Shown: one piece after another, positions 20,005-35,236 of the stretch | Layout of the letters: every line of letters starts with the position of its first letter | How positions within the stretch are numbered: position 1 is the stretch's first letter | Origin: Octopus vulgaris | Taxonomy: Eukaryota | Assembly: GCA_951406725.2 (NCBI GenBank) | Contig: OX597816.1 | Location: 73,284,001 to 73,348,000, forward strand | DNA: 64,000 nucleotides | Direction: 5' to 3' | The notes under the pieces: model-generated | What the model was told of the DNA's origin: nothing | Databases searched by the model: none | What the model saw: only the letters and a program-made list of their open reading frames with translations | Made by a program: the position numbers and the translations under genes

Positions 20005-21150
20005 GGCTGGAAATAGCAGTTCTGTCTCTCTTAAATCACATACAAACGCATTCATAAAGGAAATATACGTTGGATTGTAGTTGTGGAAGCTGCTAAAACG
20101 ACAACAGTGTTACTGGAAATAGCAGTAAAACCTCTCTCAAATCACACCTTGTCATATTAATTTATATATATATATTTTAGATATTGTTGAACAGGATGCC
20201 AAAAAAGAAAGGCATTATTACTGGAAATAGTAGCCAAGTCTCCCTTACATCACATTCTGTCGTTTTAATAAAGGGAGAACGAGGTCTGATCAATAAGTAT
20301 CAAACTGTTGCCATAGCAACGAAGCTATGGCACGCAGAGTAAAGCCGCTTGGCACAAACTGACCTTGAACTCTGTTGTGGTCGCACACTAAGTTTTAACG
20401 TTCTCGCTCACTTCCGCTGTTTACAGAAATGCTTGGAAGGAAGGTGTGTAGTGTGTGATCATCGCATTGACCATGACATAGTAAGTTTTCATGGCGATAC
20501 CTGCTCAGTGGCCCACGCAAGGTTTTACAAAGTGTATGGAAAGGAGTGTATGAGCCGCACACATGTGTACGAGTGATTCAGCTGACCAAAAAACACTTGG
20601 GTTTCACTTGCACAAGATCTCCTTGATTTTGTCAGGAACGATTATAACTTTTTGAATACTTTGTGTTGGCCTTTGGGCAGGTATCACCAAGCTTTAGGCA
20701 AAATTTGATGCATCTCTGTTCAACTTTCTCTGTCATGATCAATGTGACGGATCACATGCTACACACTTTCCTTCCAAGCATTGCTGTAAACAGCGGACGT
20801 GGGCTAGAACGTTAAACCTTGGTACGCATACACAGCAGAGTTCAAGGTGAACTTGTGCCAAGCGGCTTTGCTCTGCATGCTTTAGTTTCGTTGCTATAGC
20901 GACAGTCCGGATACTTATTGATCAGACCACGTATATGTTAGGTATTATTGGACAGGGTGTTGCTAAAATGATGGCATTGTTACTGGATATAGCAGCGAAG
21001 TCTTCCACCAATCACATCATGTTTTAATAAAAGTATACGTCGAATATTGCAGTACTAGATGTTGCTAAAATGACAGTATTGTAACCGAAGGAACGCCTTT
21101 GATTATGGCCCCGCTCTGATTGGGTCGACCTAGGGTTAATTAACAACAAT
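20005..21150 (+). repeat. Diverged ~100-bp tandem array (4-5 units), interrupted by a mariner MITE
   Basis: Motif ctggaaatagcag...aatcaca...gctaaaa.ga recurs at ~20026, 20113, 20221, 20983. Confidence 0.7.
20279..20933. mobile_element. Non-autonomous mariner (Tc1/mariner) element built from two inverted 5' ends
   Basis: TIR (t)acgaggtctgatcaataagtatc...; ~200-bp inverted arms. Transposase N-terminal HTH remnants: MTEKVEQRCIKFCLKLGDTC (-) and KVYGKECMSRTHVYE (+). Confidence 0.85.
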
Positions 21151-21349
21151 ATATATGAAACCAGTATTATCATTATTTGTTCCATTACGGCTGGCACATT
21201 TATACTGTAGGAGAGCTTAATGCTGTATCGTAGATAATAGGGCAGTACCGTCCTAAGATATTGGAACACTGAAAAGTTACGATAGGCCCCTACGGTTGTA
21301 GGAACTCAGTTTATTGATTTGCCCGGGGATGGAGCAAACAAATTAACTG

Positions 21350-21670
21350 CCATCCCGTCGTATACGACGACGAGTGCTCCAGCTGATCTGATCAACGGAA
21401 CAAGCCTGCTCGTGAAATTAGCAGTAACTGGCTGAGTACTCCAGAAACACGGGTACCGCCAATGTAGTCCTCAGTGAAATTCAGTATGTCATAGATTGTG
21501 ACAAAACCGGTTCTTTGAGTTTCTGGTACTACTCATTTTAACCAGATGAAAGGATTGTAGCTACGTGAAATAAAGTGTCATGCTCAAGCACACAACGCGC
21601 CGCTGGGAGTCGAACTTATGACCGTAAGCTCGTAAGTTGAATATCCTGACCATTTAGCCACAAGACTTCG
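21350..21670 (-). mobile_element. SINE family D with tail T1, diverged
   Basis: tRNA-like head (gtggctaaatggtcagg...agttcgactccc), gttgtgtgcttgagcatgacactttatttcacg core, tail as at 16500-16660. Confidence 0.7.
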
Positions 21671-21757
21671 CCCCAGGTAGAGTGCCCTAAAATGCTGCTA
21701 TGGCGGCCCTGCAATAGGGTACACATCTTATACACACATGGCCACTATACACTCTAT

Positions 21758-22575
21758 GTGGAGGCGTGTGGCTTATTGGTTACTGTGCTGAACTCAGGAT
21801 CGCAAGATTGTGGTTTCGATTTTCGGATGCGAAATGTTTTCCCACTAGAGTTCCGGACCCCAGTTATGAACTGATTTGCATACAGCCAGTCAGAACTCAA
21901 CTATCAAACTAATTTATGAGCGCATAACAAGTGATGGGCAATAAGATAAGATCACTTGGATAAGGAACGACCATACTTCTTTTCTCTTTTAATAATGCTT
22001 GTTGTTCTTGTTTCAACCATGGCTGCCCCTGCGTAGTTATTTGTATTGCTGTTTACTTTGCAAAACAGTAAAAAGAGAGTGTTGCTTGCACATCACCCTC
22101 TACCCACATTTTTCCCATCCACATCTTTACCATATGGGGCCCTAACAAAATCCAATAATAGGTATAGATGCGAATCTATTTAATTACTTGTCTCCTTCTA
22201 AAATCAGGCATAACCTGGTGATCGGTCAACTTACAACACCGTTCTTCGTCTTGAGTTTACTTGGTAGAATGTGTTTGTTAACTTGACAACAAGGTCAAGA
22301 TGAACTATGATTGGCTGTATACAAATGAGTTCATTACTTGGGTCCGGAACTCTCGTGGGAAAAAACTCGCGGCTCCTGGACCGGGTGATGTGTTGTGTTC
22401 TTGAGCAAAACACTTCATTTCCCGTTTCTCAAGTCTACTCAGCTGGCAAAAATAAGTAATCCTGCGACAGACTGGCGTCCCGTCAAGGTGGGAGAATATA
22501 TGTTGCCATGGAAACCGGGAAACCAGCCCTTATGAATCGGGATCATTCGAGAAGGTAAGCTTTGCTGTTTACTGT
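21758..22575 (+). mobile_element. SINE family D with tail T2, split by a MITE just after its B-box
   Basis: gtggaggcgtgtggc...ggtttcgatt | tcctggaccggg...gactggcgtcccgtc...gaaaccgggaaacc...gagaagg; tail shared with 30336-30430(-). Confidence 0.75.
21829..22370. mobile_element. MITE with ~70-bp terminal inverted repeats, superfamily unassigned
   Basis: Left gcgaaatgttttcccactagagttccggaccccagttatgaactgatttgcatacagcc; right end reverse complement gcgagttttttcccacgagagttccggacccaagtaatgaactcatttgtatacagcc. Confidence 0.8.
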
Positions 22576-23302
22576 CCGCTCTATCATTCCCAAACCAGGC
22601 TTTTTGTTTGGGAGAAATAGTTGACTTTGAATCTGTGCATTATTTAGCAATTCTGTGCGTGTCAAAACTTGAGTATGCAGGAAGAATCTCCACGCAGTAG
22701 GTCACCTCACTGAAAATTGCAGTTAATTCTCCCTCAAAAGAGACCTTAAAGACTATTCAAAACAAAAAAAAGAAGGGAAGATATATAACAATGGCTGCTT
22801 TATGCATATCACCTCAACGATGAACACCATCACTACCACCACCATCATTGTAGCTGATGTCATGGAAAGTGGAATCGAACCGGGAAATAAGTGATTGTAA
22901 AACAAAATTCTTAGCCTCGTGTTTAGTTTGCTAAGATAATGTCTCTGTTTTCCGGGTGATGTCTGTGTGAACTTGTGTGACATATAGTTATATTACTGGA
23001 GAGAGAGAGGGGGAGGGAGAGAGAGAGAGAGAGAAAGCGAGGGGGATGGAGAGAAGGTGAGCGAGAGAGAGAGGCTAAGAGAAAAGAAGATGCGGTGATG
23101 AAGGAAAGAGGGAGGCGTTAGAAATCAGAATGTGTGTGTGTGTATGAGTGTGCGTGTGTGAGTATATATATATATATATATATATATACATACATATATG
23201 AATGTATACGTAAGTATATATGTATGTATACATATATGCATATGTACATGTACATATATATTAATATATATATATATTTATTTATATATATATGTGCATA
23301 TA

Positions 23303-23391
<89 letters not shown>

Positions 23392-23759
23392 CCTACATAC
23401 ATGTGTGTGTGTGTGTGTCATAAATGAGAAAGGCGTGAAGAATGAGAGGGTGATGCGGGATAAGAAATTAATAATATAAGGGATTAAAAGATATACAGCA
23501 TTAAGTGTAGATCACATGGAATTAAGATGGAATAGCAGAATAGGTCTAGAAAGGAGTGACAGGAAGATAGAGTCGGAATAAGGAAGATGGGGAAAGACAA
23601 AGGGACAGATTGATTACAATAAGTAGTGAGAAAGGAAGACGGAGAGAGAGATAGACAGACAGGTTTGAGATAGGAACAAAGAAGAAACGATGATGCCGCA
23701 AAAGAGATTGAGAAGAAGAAAAAACGATTGCGCAAAAGACTGTGAGACAGTGGAAGGGA

Positions 23760-26590
<2,831 letters not shown>

Positions 26591-29336
26591 ATATTCATAA
26601 GGTGTCTACACTGAGATAAGACGTCCTTATTGGTATCAATGTCTGTAATAATAACGGTGGTGGTGGTGGTGGTGGTGGTGGTGGTAATTCTGCTCACTCG
26701 GCCCGAGTTATAAGAAGTGATGGAAGAATACCTTTAATGATTTAAGCTCTATATTTTATTTTCCATGTAGTTTTTTTTATTTATATTATATATATATATT
26801 TGGTTTTGTTTTTGTTTTGTTTTTTGGTACTGGTGCTGGGTCTATATAAGGAATTGCCAATTCTAATACTCTTGTTCTCACTGTTGCCTTTATATATTTT
26901 TCTTCTCTTTTTGCTTTTTGTTTGGGTTCTTTTTCATCTTTTCTTTTGTGGATTCATTTTTTTTTTTGTAATCTTTCAGTTATTACCTGTTATTTTTTGT
27001 TATTCTTGATATTGTTCCTGTTGCTTCTGCTACCATTTCTATACTTGCTGTTGTCGTTATGCGAAGGTATGTGGCTTCGTGGTTAGAGACATTAGACTCA
27101 CCATCATAAGGTCGCAGGTTCGATACCTGTATCGGGCGACGCGTTGTTTCCATTGAGCAAAGCAAATTAATTCACGTACCTCTTCTCTTCTCAACCGATA
27201 ATGAGTAACCGTTCACTTCGAAGCAGAAAATTAGAAGCACATTGTTGTAAGGGCTACAAGTAGACAATGTTGACATGCACCTGTGCATGTGTGGCCATGT
27301 AGCCTTTTCTCTTTCTCAGGCTTTCACATCCTGAATGCTTCACTAAGACAAAATTGGGGGTGGGATTGAAGGAAGTTTGATGGCGACTACACATGCATAG
27401 CAAGAGAACAGCATATGTTACCAAGTCATACTCCCTTGCATATGACAGGTATGATATATATATATATATATATATATTTATTTATTTATTTATTTATTTT
27501 ACCTGCATAAAAGTTCCTGCTCTGCAAGCCTTGAAGAGAATCAGTGGTTTACACAAAACTAAAGTACGGTTGAAACATATTGGTTAGATATCAGTAGGTT
27601 TCCAAGTATTAATGACCCCCCACCATTTTCTGAGGAGTATAGAGCCAACCCCGATATGATTGCTATCACTGCTGAAATCGGTTTCACAGGATTCTCTGTT
27701 GAATTCGGTTAGAGTTGTTCAAAGCGTAAAGTTCAAACGCTACGTGTGTGGTAGCAAAATCCACCTGACGGTTTTCTGTCAGGAAAATAGAAAGAGGCAA
27801 GAAGCTACAGAAACATGATCAACAGTATGTCCCTTCTGTAAAAACCACAACGAATTCGTGCAAAAGTGCCGCTTCTGAAACACTGCTGTTACTCGCTCTG
27901 AAAAACGTCATGAAAATAACAATAAATACTCATGTCTAACACAAGTACTCCCAGTTGTGGGTGCCTTACCTTAAAATATAGACCCCAATACAATCCTTAG
28001 GTAATGTTTTCGGTATATCGCTTTCTGATGATAATAAGAATGTGGAATTTGCACATAATAACCAATGGCATCAAGTAGATCTTATTTAGTTTAAAGAAGT
28101 CAAAATTCCAACGATCAGTTCTTCAATTTTACTGTTTAACTAATGCAGAAATTAAATAAAGGAATAGAGAGAAAAAAAGAGGTGAAACTTTTATATTGGT
28201 AAAAAGGCAAACAGAAGGAATCTTCCACAAATTCTATAAGGACAGACTTGGCTAAACCAAGAATCACAGTCTTCCAAAATATAGAACTTACCTCCAGAGA
28301 ATGTAGGGGGTTATCGTCATGGAGCCGTATTCTCTGCACATTAAGGCTCCCTTGGGGCACTAAAAGAAAAATCTCTTTACTTCATTGTCTTATTTCTCAA
28401 CTGCAATACCAGGGGGCGTTTGAAGGTTTATGCTCTGAATGGCCTCTGGAATTAGAGCCAACTGCTTAATGATCTCAAGTCACTTGATCAACATGCGGAA
28501 GAAATAAGCGAGATTAAGGTTTCTGATAAAAAGTTACAGGCACTTCTTCCATCCGACGTGTGTGCCTATTTTGGCTTGGACTGAGAAGGTTTAGGCTTCC
28601 AGATGACGACGATCTTTCAAGACCCGGACAGCAGGGGAGGGCTTAGGTGTGACTAGCTGTCAAGCTGTTAATATGTAATTAGTTGTAGCAAAACAGTCGA
28701 ACTTCTCCCGGAGCCAAGAAACCATTCTACCCTAGTGACTGGAATAGTATCTTAGATACACGTGGAACATGATCGAGTGGAACATATGTTTTGGAAGGAA
28801 AGATGAAAAGGGTTTTCTTTTTAGACTTAAAAACTATCCTTTTGCTCAAGGACGGTTACTTAGTTACTAGGCAGTGGATGGAGTTAGCACTGTTGCCCAT
28901 ATTTTTGTGAGACTCTCTACCCGAGCCACAATATTTTTTTCATCAATACAATGAATCAAGGCAAAATACATAGACAGAGACTCAGTTGTTGGAAGGGAAA
29001 TTTGTCGTTCTATATTGAAATCCTTCAGGGATCGGATTAACAAGCTAGTTAAGCGGAAATTGATGAGAGCAAACATTAACAACAGTGAACAACAACAGCG
29101 GGCAGCTTGAAATGGAACAATCGGTAAGGTAAAGGAATGAAGTAGCATGAGAAGGTATTAGGCGAGTGATTGGGTTAATAACTAATTTATAAGAGGCTAA
29201 GCGAAAGGACTTCGCACTTAAGAGAGGAGACGCGAGGATGGTGCTTGACTAAACACCAGGGCTCTATTGTTCGTGTTAAGCTCGTACAAGAACACTCATA
29301 CCTTAACAATGACGACATTAGCAGCAGCAACAGCAG

Positions 29337-29691
29337 TGGAGGCGCAATGGCTCAATGGTTAGGGCAGCGGAGTCGCGGTCGGAGGATCACGGTTTCGATT
29401 CCCAGACCGGGCGTTGTGTGTGTTTATTGAGCGAAAACACCCAAAGCTCCACGAGGCTCCGACAGAGGGTGGTGGCGACCCCTGTTGTACGCTTTCGCCC
29501 CAACTTTCTCTCACTCTTTCTTGTGCCCGACTTCCTACGCAACCGCTGAGCCTGGATGCGCATTCATCCATCCGTCGATGTTCTCGGTGTCGGGGGTTGA
29601 CCTGCTTTCTCTTCTGCGGGTCTTACAAATAGCAAAGGACCACGATTCGGACTTCTCCCACTGCGAGCTCTGGGACGAAGAACGCTTCGCT

Positions 29692-29692
<1 letters not shown>
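29337..29692 (+). mobile_element. tRNA-derived SINE family C with tail T3, inserted in a (CAG/CAA)n tract
   Basis: A-box tggctcaatgg, B-box ggtttcgattcc, body gagcgaaaacacc...ctttctctcactctttc; cagcaacagca repeats on both sides. Confidence 0.85.
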
Positions 29693-29729
<37 letters not shown>

Positions 29730-30013
29730 ACAGCAGCTTACCATCTTTGCTAAACAAATGCAAATGTAGTACGCTGTTTAATGAATATATAATAACCTTT
29801 TCTTGAATTCAATCTCTTATTATGACGATCGATATACCTATCGCTTCATTGGCCAGACTGTTTTCTCTTTGCCTTATATTGTATCATGTACACTTTTTAA
29901 ATGGCACATATCGTAGTTGAGTTCGAAGTCAGCATTAATCGAACAAACTTATGAACGCAGGCGTTCCATCCTTGGCCATCTCGCTTTTAGATATATGTAG
30001 TTCTACGTTATCT

Positions 30014-30206
30014 GTGGAAGCACATGGCCTAGTGGTTAGAGCAGCAGACTCGCGGTCGAGGGATCGCGGGTTCAAATCTCAGACCGGGCGATGTGTGTGT
30101 TTATGAGCGAAAACACCTTAGCTCCACTCGGCTCCGGTAGAAGGTAATGGCGAACTTCTGCTGACTTTTTCGCCACAACTTTCTCTCACTCTTTCCTCCT
30201 GCATCC
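30014..30206 (+). mobile_element. SINE family C, 3'-truncated
   Basis: gtggaagcacatggcctagtggttagagcagcagactcgcggtcgagggatcgcgggttcaaatc... matches 30336-30637(-). Confidence 0.85.
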
Positions 30207-30335
30207 TATATTTGGGGATCCTATATTTGCATTCATTACAGTAGTGTTGATGTCGACGTTGTTGATGTTGACGTCGAGGGTGTTGGTGGCGATGACATTC
30301 GTATTTCGTGGTGGCAGTGTTTGGTGTTGTTGTTG

Positions 30336-30637
30336 TTTGTTCCTTCTCGGGCCACGCCTGGCTCATAAGGGCCGGTTTCCCGGTTTCATGGCGTATAATT
30401 TCCCCACATGGACGGGACGCCGGTCCATCGCAGGTGAGCTGCAAGATGCAGGAGGAAAGAGTGAGAGAAAGCTGTGGCGAAAGAGCCAGCAGAGGTTCGC
30501 CATTACCTTCTGCCGGAGCCGCGGGGAGCTTAGGTGTTTTCGCTCATAAACACACACGTCGTCCGGTCGGAGATTCGAACCCGCGATCCCTCGACCGCGA
30601 GTCCGTTGCTGTAAACACTAAGCCATGTGCCTCCACA
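30336..30637 (-). mobile_element. SINE family C with tail T2, full length
   Basis: Head and body as at 30014-30206; tail gcgatggaccggcgtcccgtcc...gagaaggaacaaacaacaac. Confidence 0.88.
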
Positions 30638-31517
30638 GTGTTTGGTGTCGTTGCTTTTGATACCGTAATGGCGTCCATATTAGTGGTGGCTTTGTTGATG
30701 CTCATATCGTTGGTGTCGATATCGCGGGCGTTGATAATGTTGATCGTTAAGTTTGTGTCGGAACTCTTTTCCTGCTGGCGTCGATGAATGGCGCCGATGT
30801 TGCGAAAGGGTTGTGGCGGAGATTTTGACGAATGGTGTCGGTGGAATAACTGATGGCATTCATGGAGTGGTGGCTTTGTTGTGACTTTTGCTGGTGGCGG
30901 TGTGCCATTGTTGCCGCAGTAAGTGGATGATTATTTTCCTGATGTTTCTCTTGTTGAAACATCTAATGGTCTCCTTATTTTGGCCGCCATCATTGTTGCT
31001 AAAGCCGCTGCTGTTGCTGCTGCTGCTACTGCTACCGCTGCTACTGCTACCGCTGCTACTACGGCTACTGTAGGTATGTATTGTTCTCGTTTATGATGGC
31101 TTTGATCGTACATGGTGGTTGTAGGATATCGTTTCTATGGTTTGTTGTTGTTGTTGTTGATGATGATGAAACTGGCGGTGGTGGTGGTGATGGTGATGAT
31201 GATGATGACGACAATGGTGATGAGGAAGTTGATGGTGGTGGTGGTGGTGGTGGTGGTAGTGGCGACGGCGGCGTCGGTAGTTGAAGAGGTGTTAGTGATG
31301 GCGGAGGTGTTGGTGGTGGTGTAGGTAACGGCTTGGCATCGGTTGGAACAATATAGAATTCAAAGAGATGCTCAGAATTCTCTGCTAAAACTATATTCAC
31401 CCCATTCCCTCTCATTTTCAGTTAAAACTGTTGATTGGCCAACCAATCGACACACAATCTGCTTAAATCGCCACCAAAGAATATTTTATCTCATACAAAG
31501 CCTTCCTACATACTATC

Positions 31518-31664
31518 TACATTATTTACATTATTTATATTTGACGGATATTTGTCCTCATCTTGTTTGTTAACAAAACGTTTCGGCTGATATACCCTCC
31601 AGCCTTCATCAGGTGTCTTGGGGAAATTTCGAACGTGGGTTCTCATTCCTAAGGTATCTTTCGA

Positions 31665-31734
<70 letters not shown>

Positions 31735-31928
31735 GCTATTATTATAAAGGTCAATGCCTGGATTCAGACTCGGAATTTTGGGGTTAAGAGCGCGGGCTAC
31801 TAACCCCAAAATTCCGAGTTCGATTCCAAGCAGTGACCTTAATAATAATAGCAATAATGATAATGATAATGATAATGATGATGATGATGAGGATGATGAT
31901 AATGATAATGATGATAATGATAATGATG

Positions 31929-32025
<97 letters not shown>

Positions 32026-32190
32026 AAAATACCTTAGGAATGAGAACCCATATTCGAAATTTTCCCAAGACTGGAGTGTATATCAGCCGAAACGTTGTGG
32101 TAACAACAAACAAGATGAGGACAAATATTCGTCAAATATAAATAATGTAAATAATGTACATATTTCCTCATCTCTGAAATATAGAACTGT
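31518..32190. mobile_element. Fold-back (head-to-head) dimer of an element made of a tRNA-like head, (AAT)n and a hammerhead motif
   Basis: Arms 31518-31786 and 31801-32158 are reverse complements apart from microsatellite length and a 13-nt deletion; 14-nt loop agagcgcgggctac; B-box gagttcgattcc. Confidence 0.85.
31572..31617 (-). ncRNA. Minimal type I hammerhead ribozyme motif
   Basis: Minus strand gacac CUGAUGA a ggcug-gaggguauau-cagcc GAAA cg UU uuguu: intact core, 5-bp stem II, palindromic minimal stem III, stem I with one mismatch. Confidence 0.75.
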
Positions 32191-32202
32191 ACTATCTATC
32201 TA

Positions 32203-32246
<44 letters not shown>

Positions 32247-32481
32247 ACATTTTATATATCTATCTATCTATTTGTCGGTCTGGCTATCTTTCTAACTACC
32301 TATTTTTTTCTCTTTCTCTCTGTCTATCTATCTCTTTCTCTCTGTATATGTGTCTGTGTGGATGAGTGGATGCATGCATGTATGTATATAGATAGATAGG
32401 TAGGTAGGTAGCTGGTAGGTAGCAATCTATTTAAATATCTATGTATCTCTCTTTCTCTGTATATATATATATATATATATA

Positions 32482-32527
<46 letters not shown>

Positions 32528-32981
32528 CATATTAAACTATCAACCTTTGTATCTGTTTCGTCAGTAAACTTTGTACTTAACTCTATTCCTTTACCTCTTC
32601 ATCTTTCTATTTCTCGACCAACCTACCTCTCTCTCTTTAATCATTCTATCCATCCACTAACCTCCCTACCTATCAAATCATCTACCTGCATGTGCGCCTG
32701 TCTATTTGTCTATCTGTTAGAAACAGGTAGATCAATATGAGTTAGTATAACCTTAAAGCATTCCTGAAGCATTTCTTAATTATTCATCCGTTTCATTCAA
32801 AAGAAAAGGTGGCGTCTTCTATCGGTGCAACCATATCAGCATCTTTCAAAATTTGTGCTAACTTCATTTACCAAACAAGAAAGGTCTGGCTCAAACTTGT
32901 TGCAATTGAATAAGCATGTATTATTATCATTTCATCCCTAGCAATTTCTAAAATTCACCTATCTATCAAAGTAATTATGTG

Positions 32982-33074
<93 letters not shown>

Positions 33075-33103
33075 ACATTAGCTAGTTTATGGCCTTACTC
33101 CTT

Positions 33104-33162
<59 letters not shown>

Positions 33163-35129
33163 CAAATCTCTTCCTCTGTATTTCCCCTACTCTCTCTCTC
33201 CCCACATCTCTTCCTCTGTCTTTCTCCCTCTCTCTTCTTCTCCCCCTCTCTCTCCCCCTCTCTCTCCCCCTCTCTCTCCCCACATCTCTTCCTCTGTCTT
33301 TCTCCCTCTCTCTCCTTCTCCCTCCTCTCTCCCTGAATATATACACATGAATATATTTGTATATTGTGCTTCTATTTCTCAATTCTGTCCTATTTCTCTC
33401 TCAAAGTTATGCACGCATGCGTACGTGATATACATGTGCTCATGTATATGTATATATATATATGACCACACAGACACAGATACACACACATGCTAACACG
33501 CGTATCTGATACAGATTCCTACTATATGAAAAAGCAATAGATGGATACTATGAAATTTTAAATAGAAATTCGGTTAAATTACACTATTCATGTTACGAGT
33601 CTGTAGGCTTTAATTAAGTATTTGAATTCCAAGAATCTTTTCAACCTGTAACTTCAGTTCAACACACAATTGTACTCATAATGGTAATTGTCTCTCAAAA
33701 GGTTTAATATATTGTGCTTAAGTGGAAGCAGGTAACAATATGAAGAAAATTATTTTTGATTAGACAAGAATTTCTTTAAAGTTGGCTTTAATGAAGTTAT
33801 TCATTCCTTGAAGACATAGGAAAATACTTTCAACCAACCTTTCCAAATAGATTTGGTTTACAAAAGAAAAAAAAAAAGGATTGGTTAATCTTCTACCAAA
33901 TCAGTTCAATTGCCACACCCTGAAACTTTGTTTAAACGGGAAAATATACTGTTTCCTGACAGCTGCGAAATGAGCAAACGATCGAAAATGTTCGGCCATT
34001 GTAGATAATATCTTGAAGAAATTAACTTCTAAATAGGTACTCCTAAATAATTAAGTCAAGTAGCAACAAGAATTTCATATATTTGAATAATCAGGAAGCT
34101 TTGAATCCTGATTTTAAAATATATTAAAGACATCTGTAAGCCTTGACTGTTTATATCCACTTCAGAAAATCAATATCAGATGGATATAGCGGTAAGGGTG
34201 ACTGGCTACATCGAGTACTTCTTCCCTCATGTAGGAAACTAACAAATTTAGTTTATCAAAACTGACTTTAAGCTGAATGCCACATCTCGTATATCTTTCA
34301 GGGTGTACGCCTCTCTGGTTTAACTTCTCGGAGTCATCAACAATGCAGGAAGACACTTCAGATAGGTCACTGCACCAAGGCAAACGATTCCTGTCTTCTT
34401 CCCTGCCATGACAGACATTCTGATAAGAACTAGAGATCCATCGCTCCGAAGGTGGCCTCAGAATATATTCGTGTATTTCTATGTTCCTGCATAATATTAC
34501 TAGACATTTCTTTTGACATACCTTGTGCTTCGTTTTTGGGTTTCTAGCAACCGTCCTCACCAGTTGTGAGAAAGTATATCTGTTTAGTCGTAAGTAACCA
34601 ATCATGCAATATGTGTCAGGTCGCTCTGAATGCTGCAGCCGATAGATAATCTTGTAGTAAAACCTGGTACATGGGCATATAAGTGTGTGTATGTGTGTGT
34701 GTACATGTGTACGTATGTGAGTATGTGTGTGCACGCATGTATATGTACTGAAAGTCCATTCAGTGTGTGCTCATCAAGGATCACACTGCAAGGGCAATAG
34801 TCAATGGAGGTCGATCTATAGTTATTTACAGATATTTTATTGAACTCAGAAAGATGAAAGGCATGGTCCCGTACATGAGTGCGCCTGCATGCGTTAGCGA
34901 GAGTGAAACAGGTCTGTATGTGCTTTACTTTAGTTTAAATACTGATTACTTATATTGATGCAATGCCACGTATAGTGTGGATCATAATTCGACGATGACA
35001 TTCAAATGGGGATCTTATGGTGCCTGTACGTTCTAATCTTTGAAAAGGTTTTTTTTTTTGTTCACAGACGTGGCCTGCAAATTGTTTCATTGGTAGATAT
35101 AAATTCGGACATATAATTCTTTCTTGTTC

Positions 35130-35216
<87 letters not shown>

Positions 35217-35236
35217 ATTTATTTATTTATTTATTT

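Noticed and set aside
27600-29150. Very old LINE remnants (VPQGSL, DFNI and W..HI-like fragments)
   Set aside because: Motifs are short, on inconsistent strands, and too degraded to call
29337-29410. Functional tRNA genes here and at other A/B-box sites
   Set aside because: No complete cloverleaf or acceptor stem; all continue into SINE bodies
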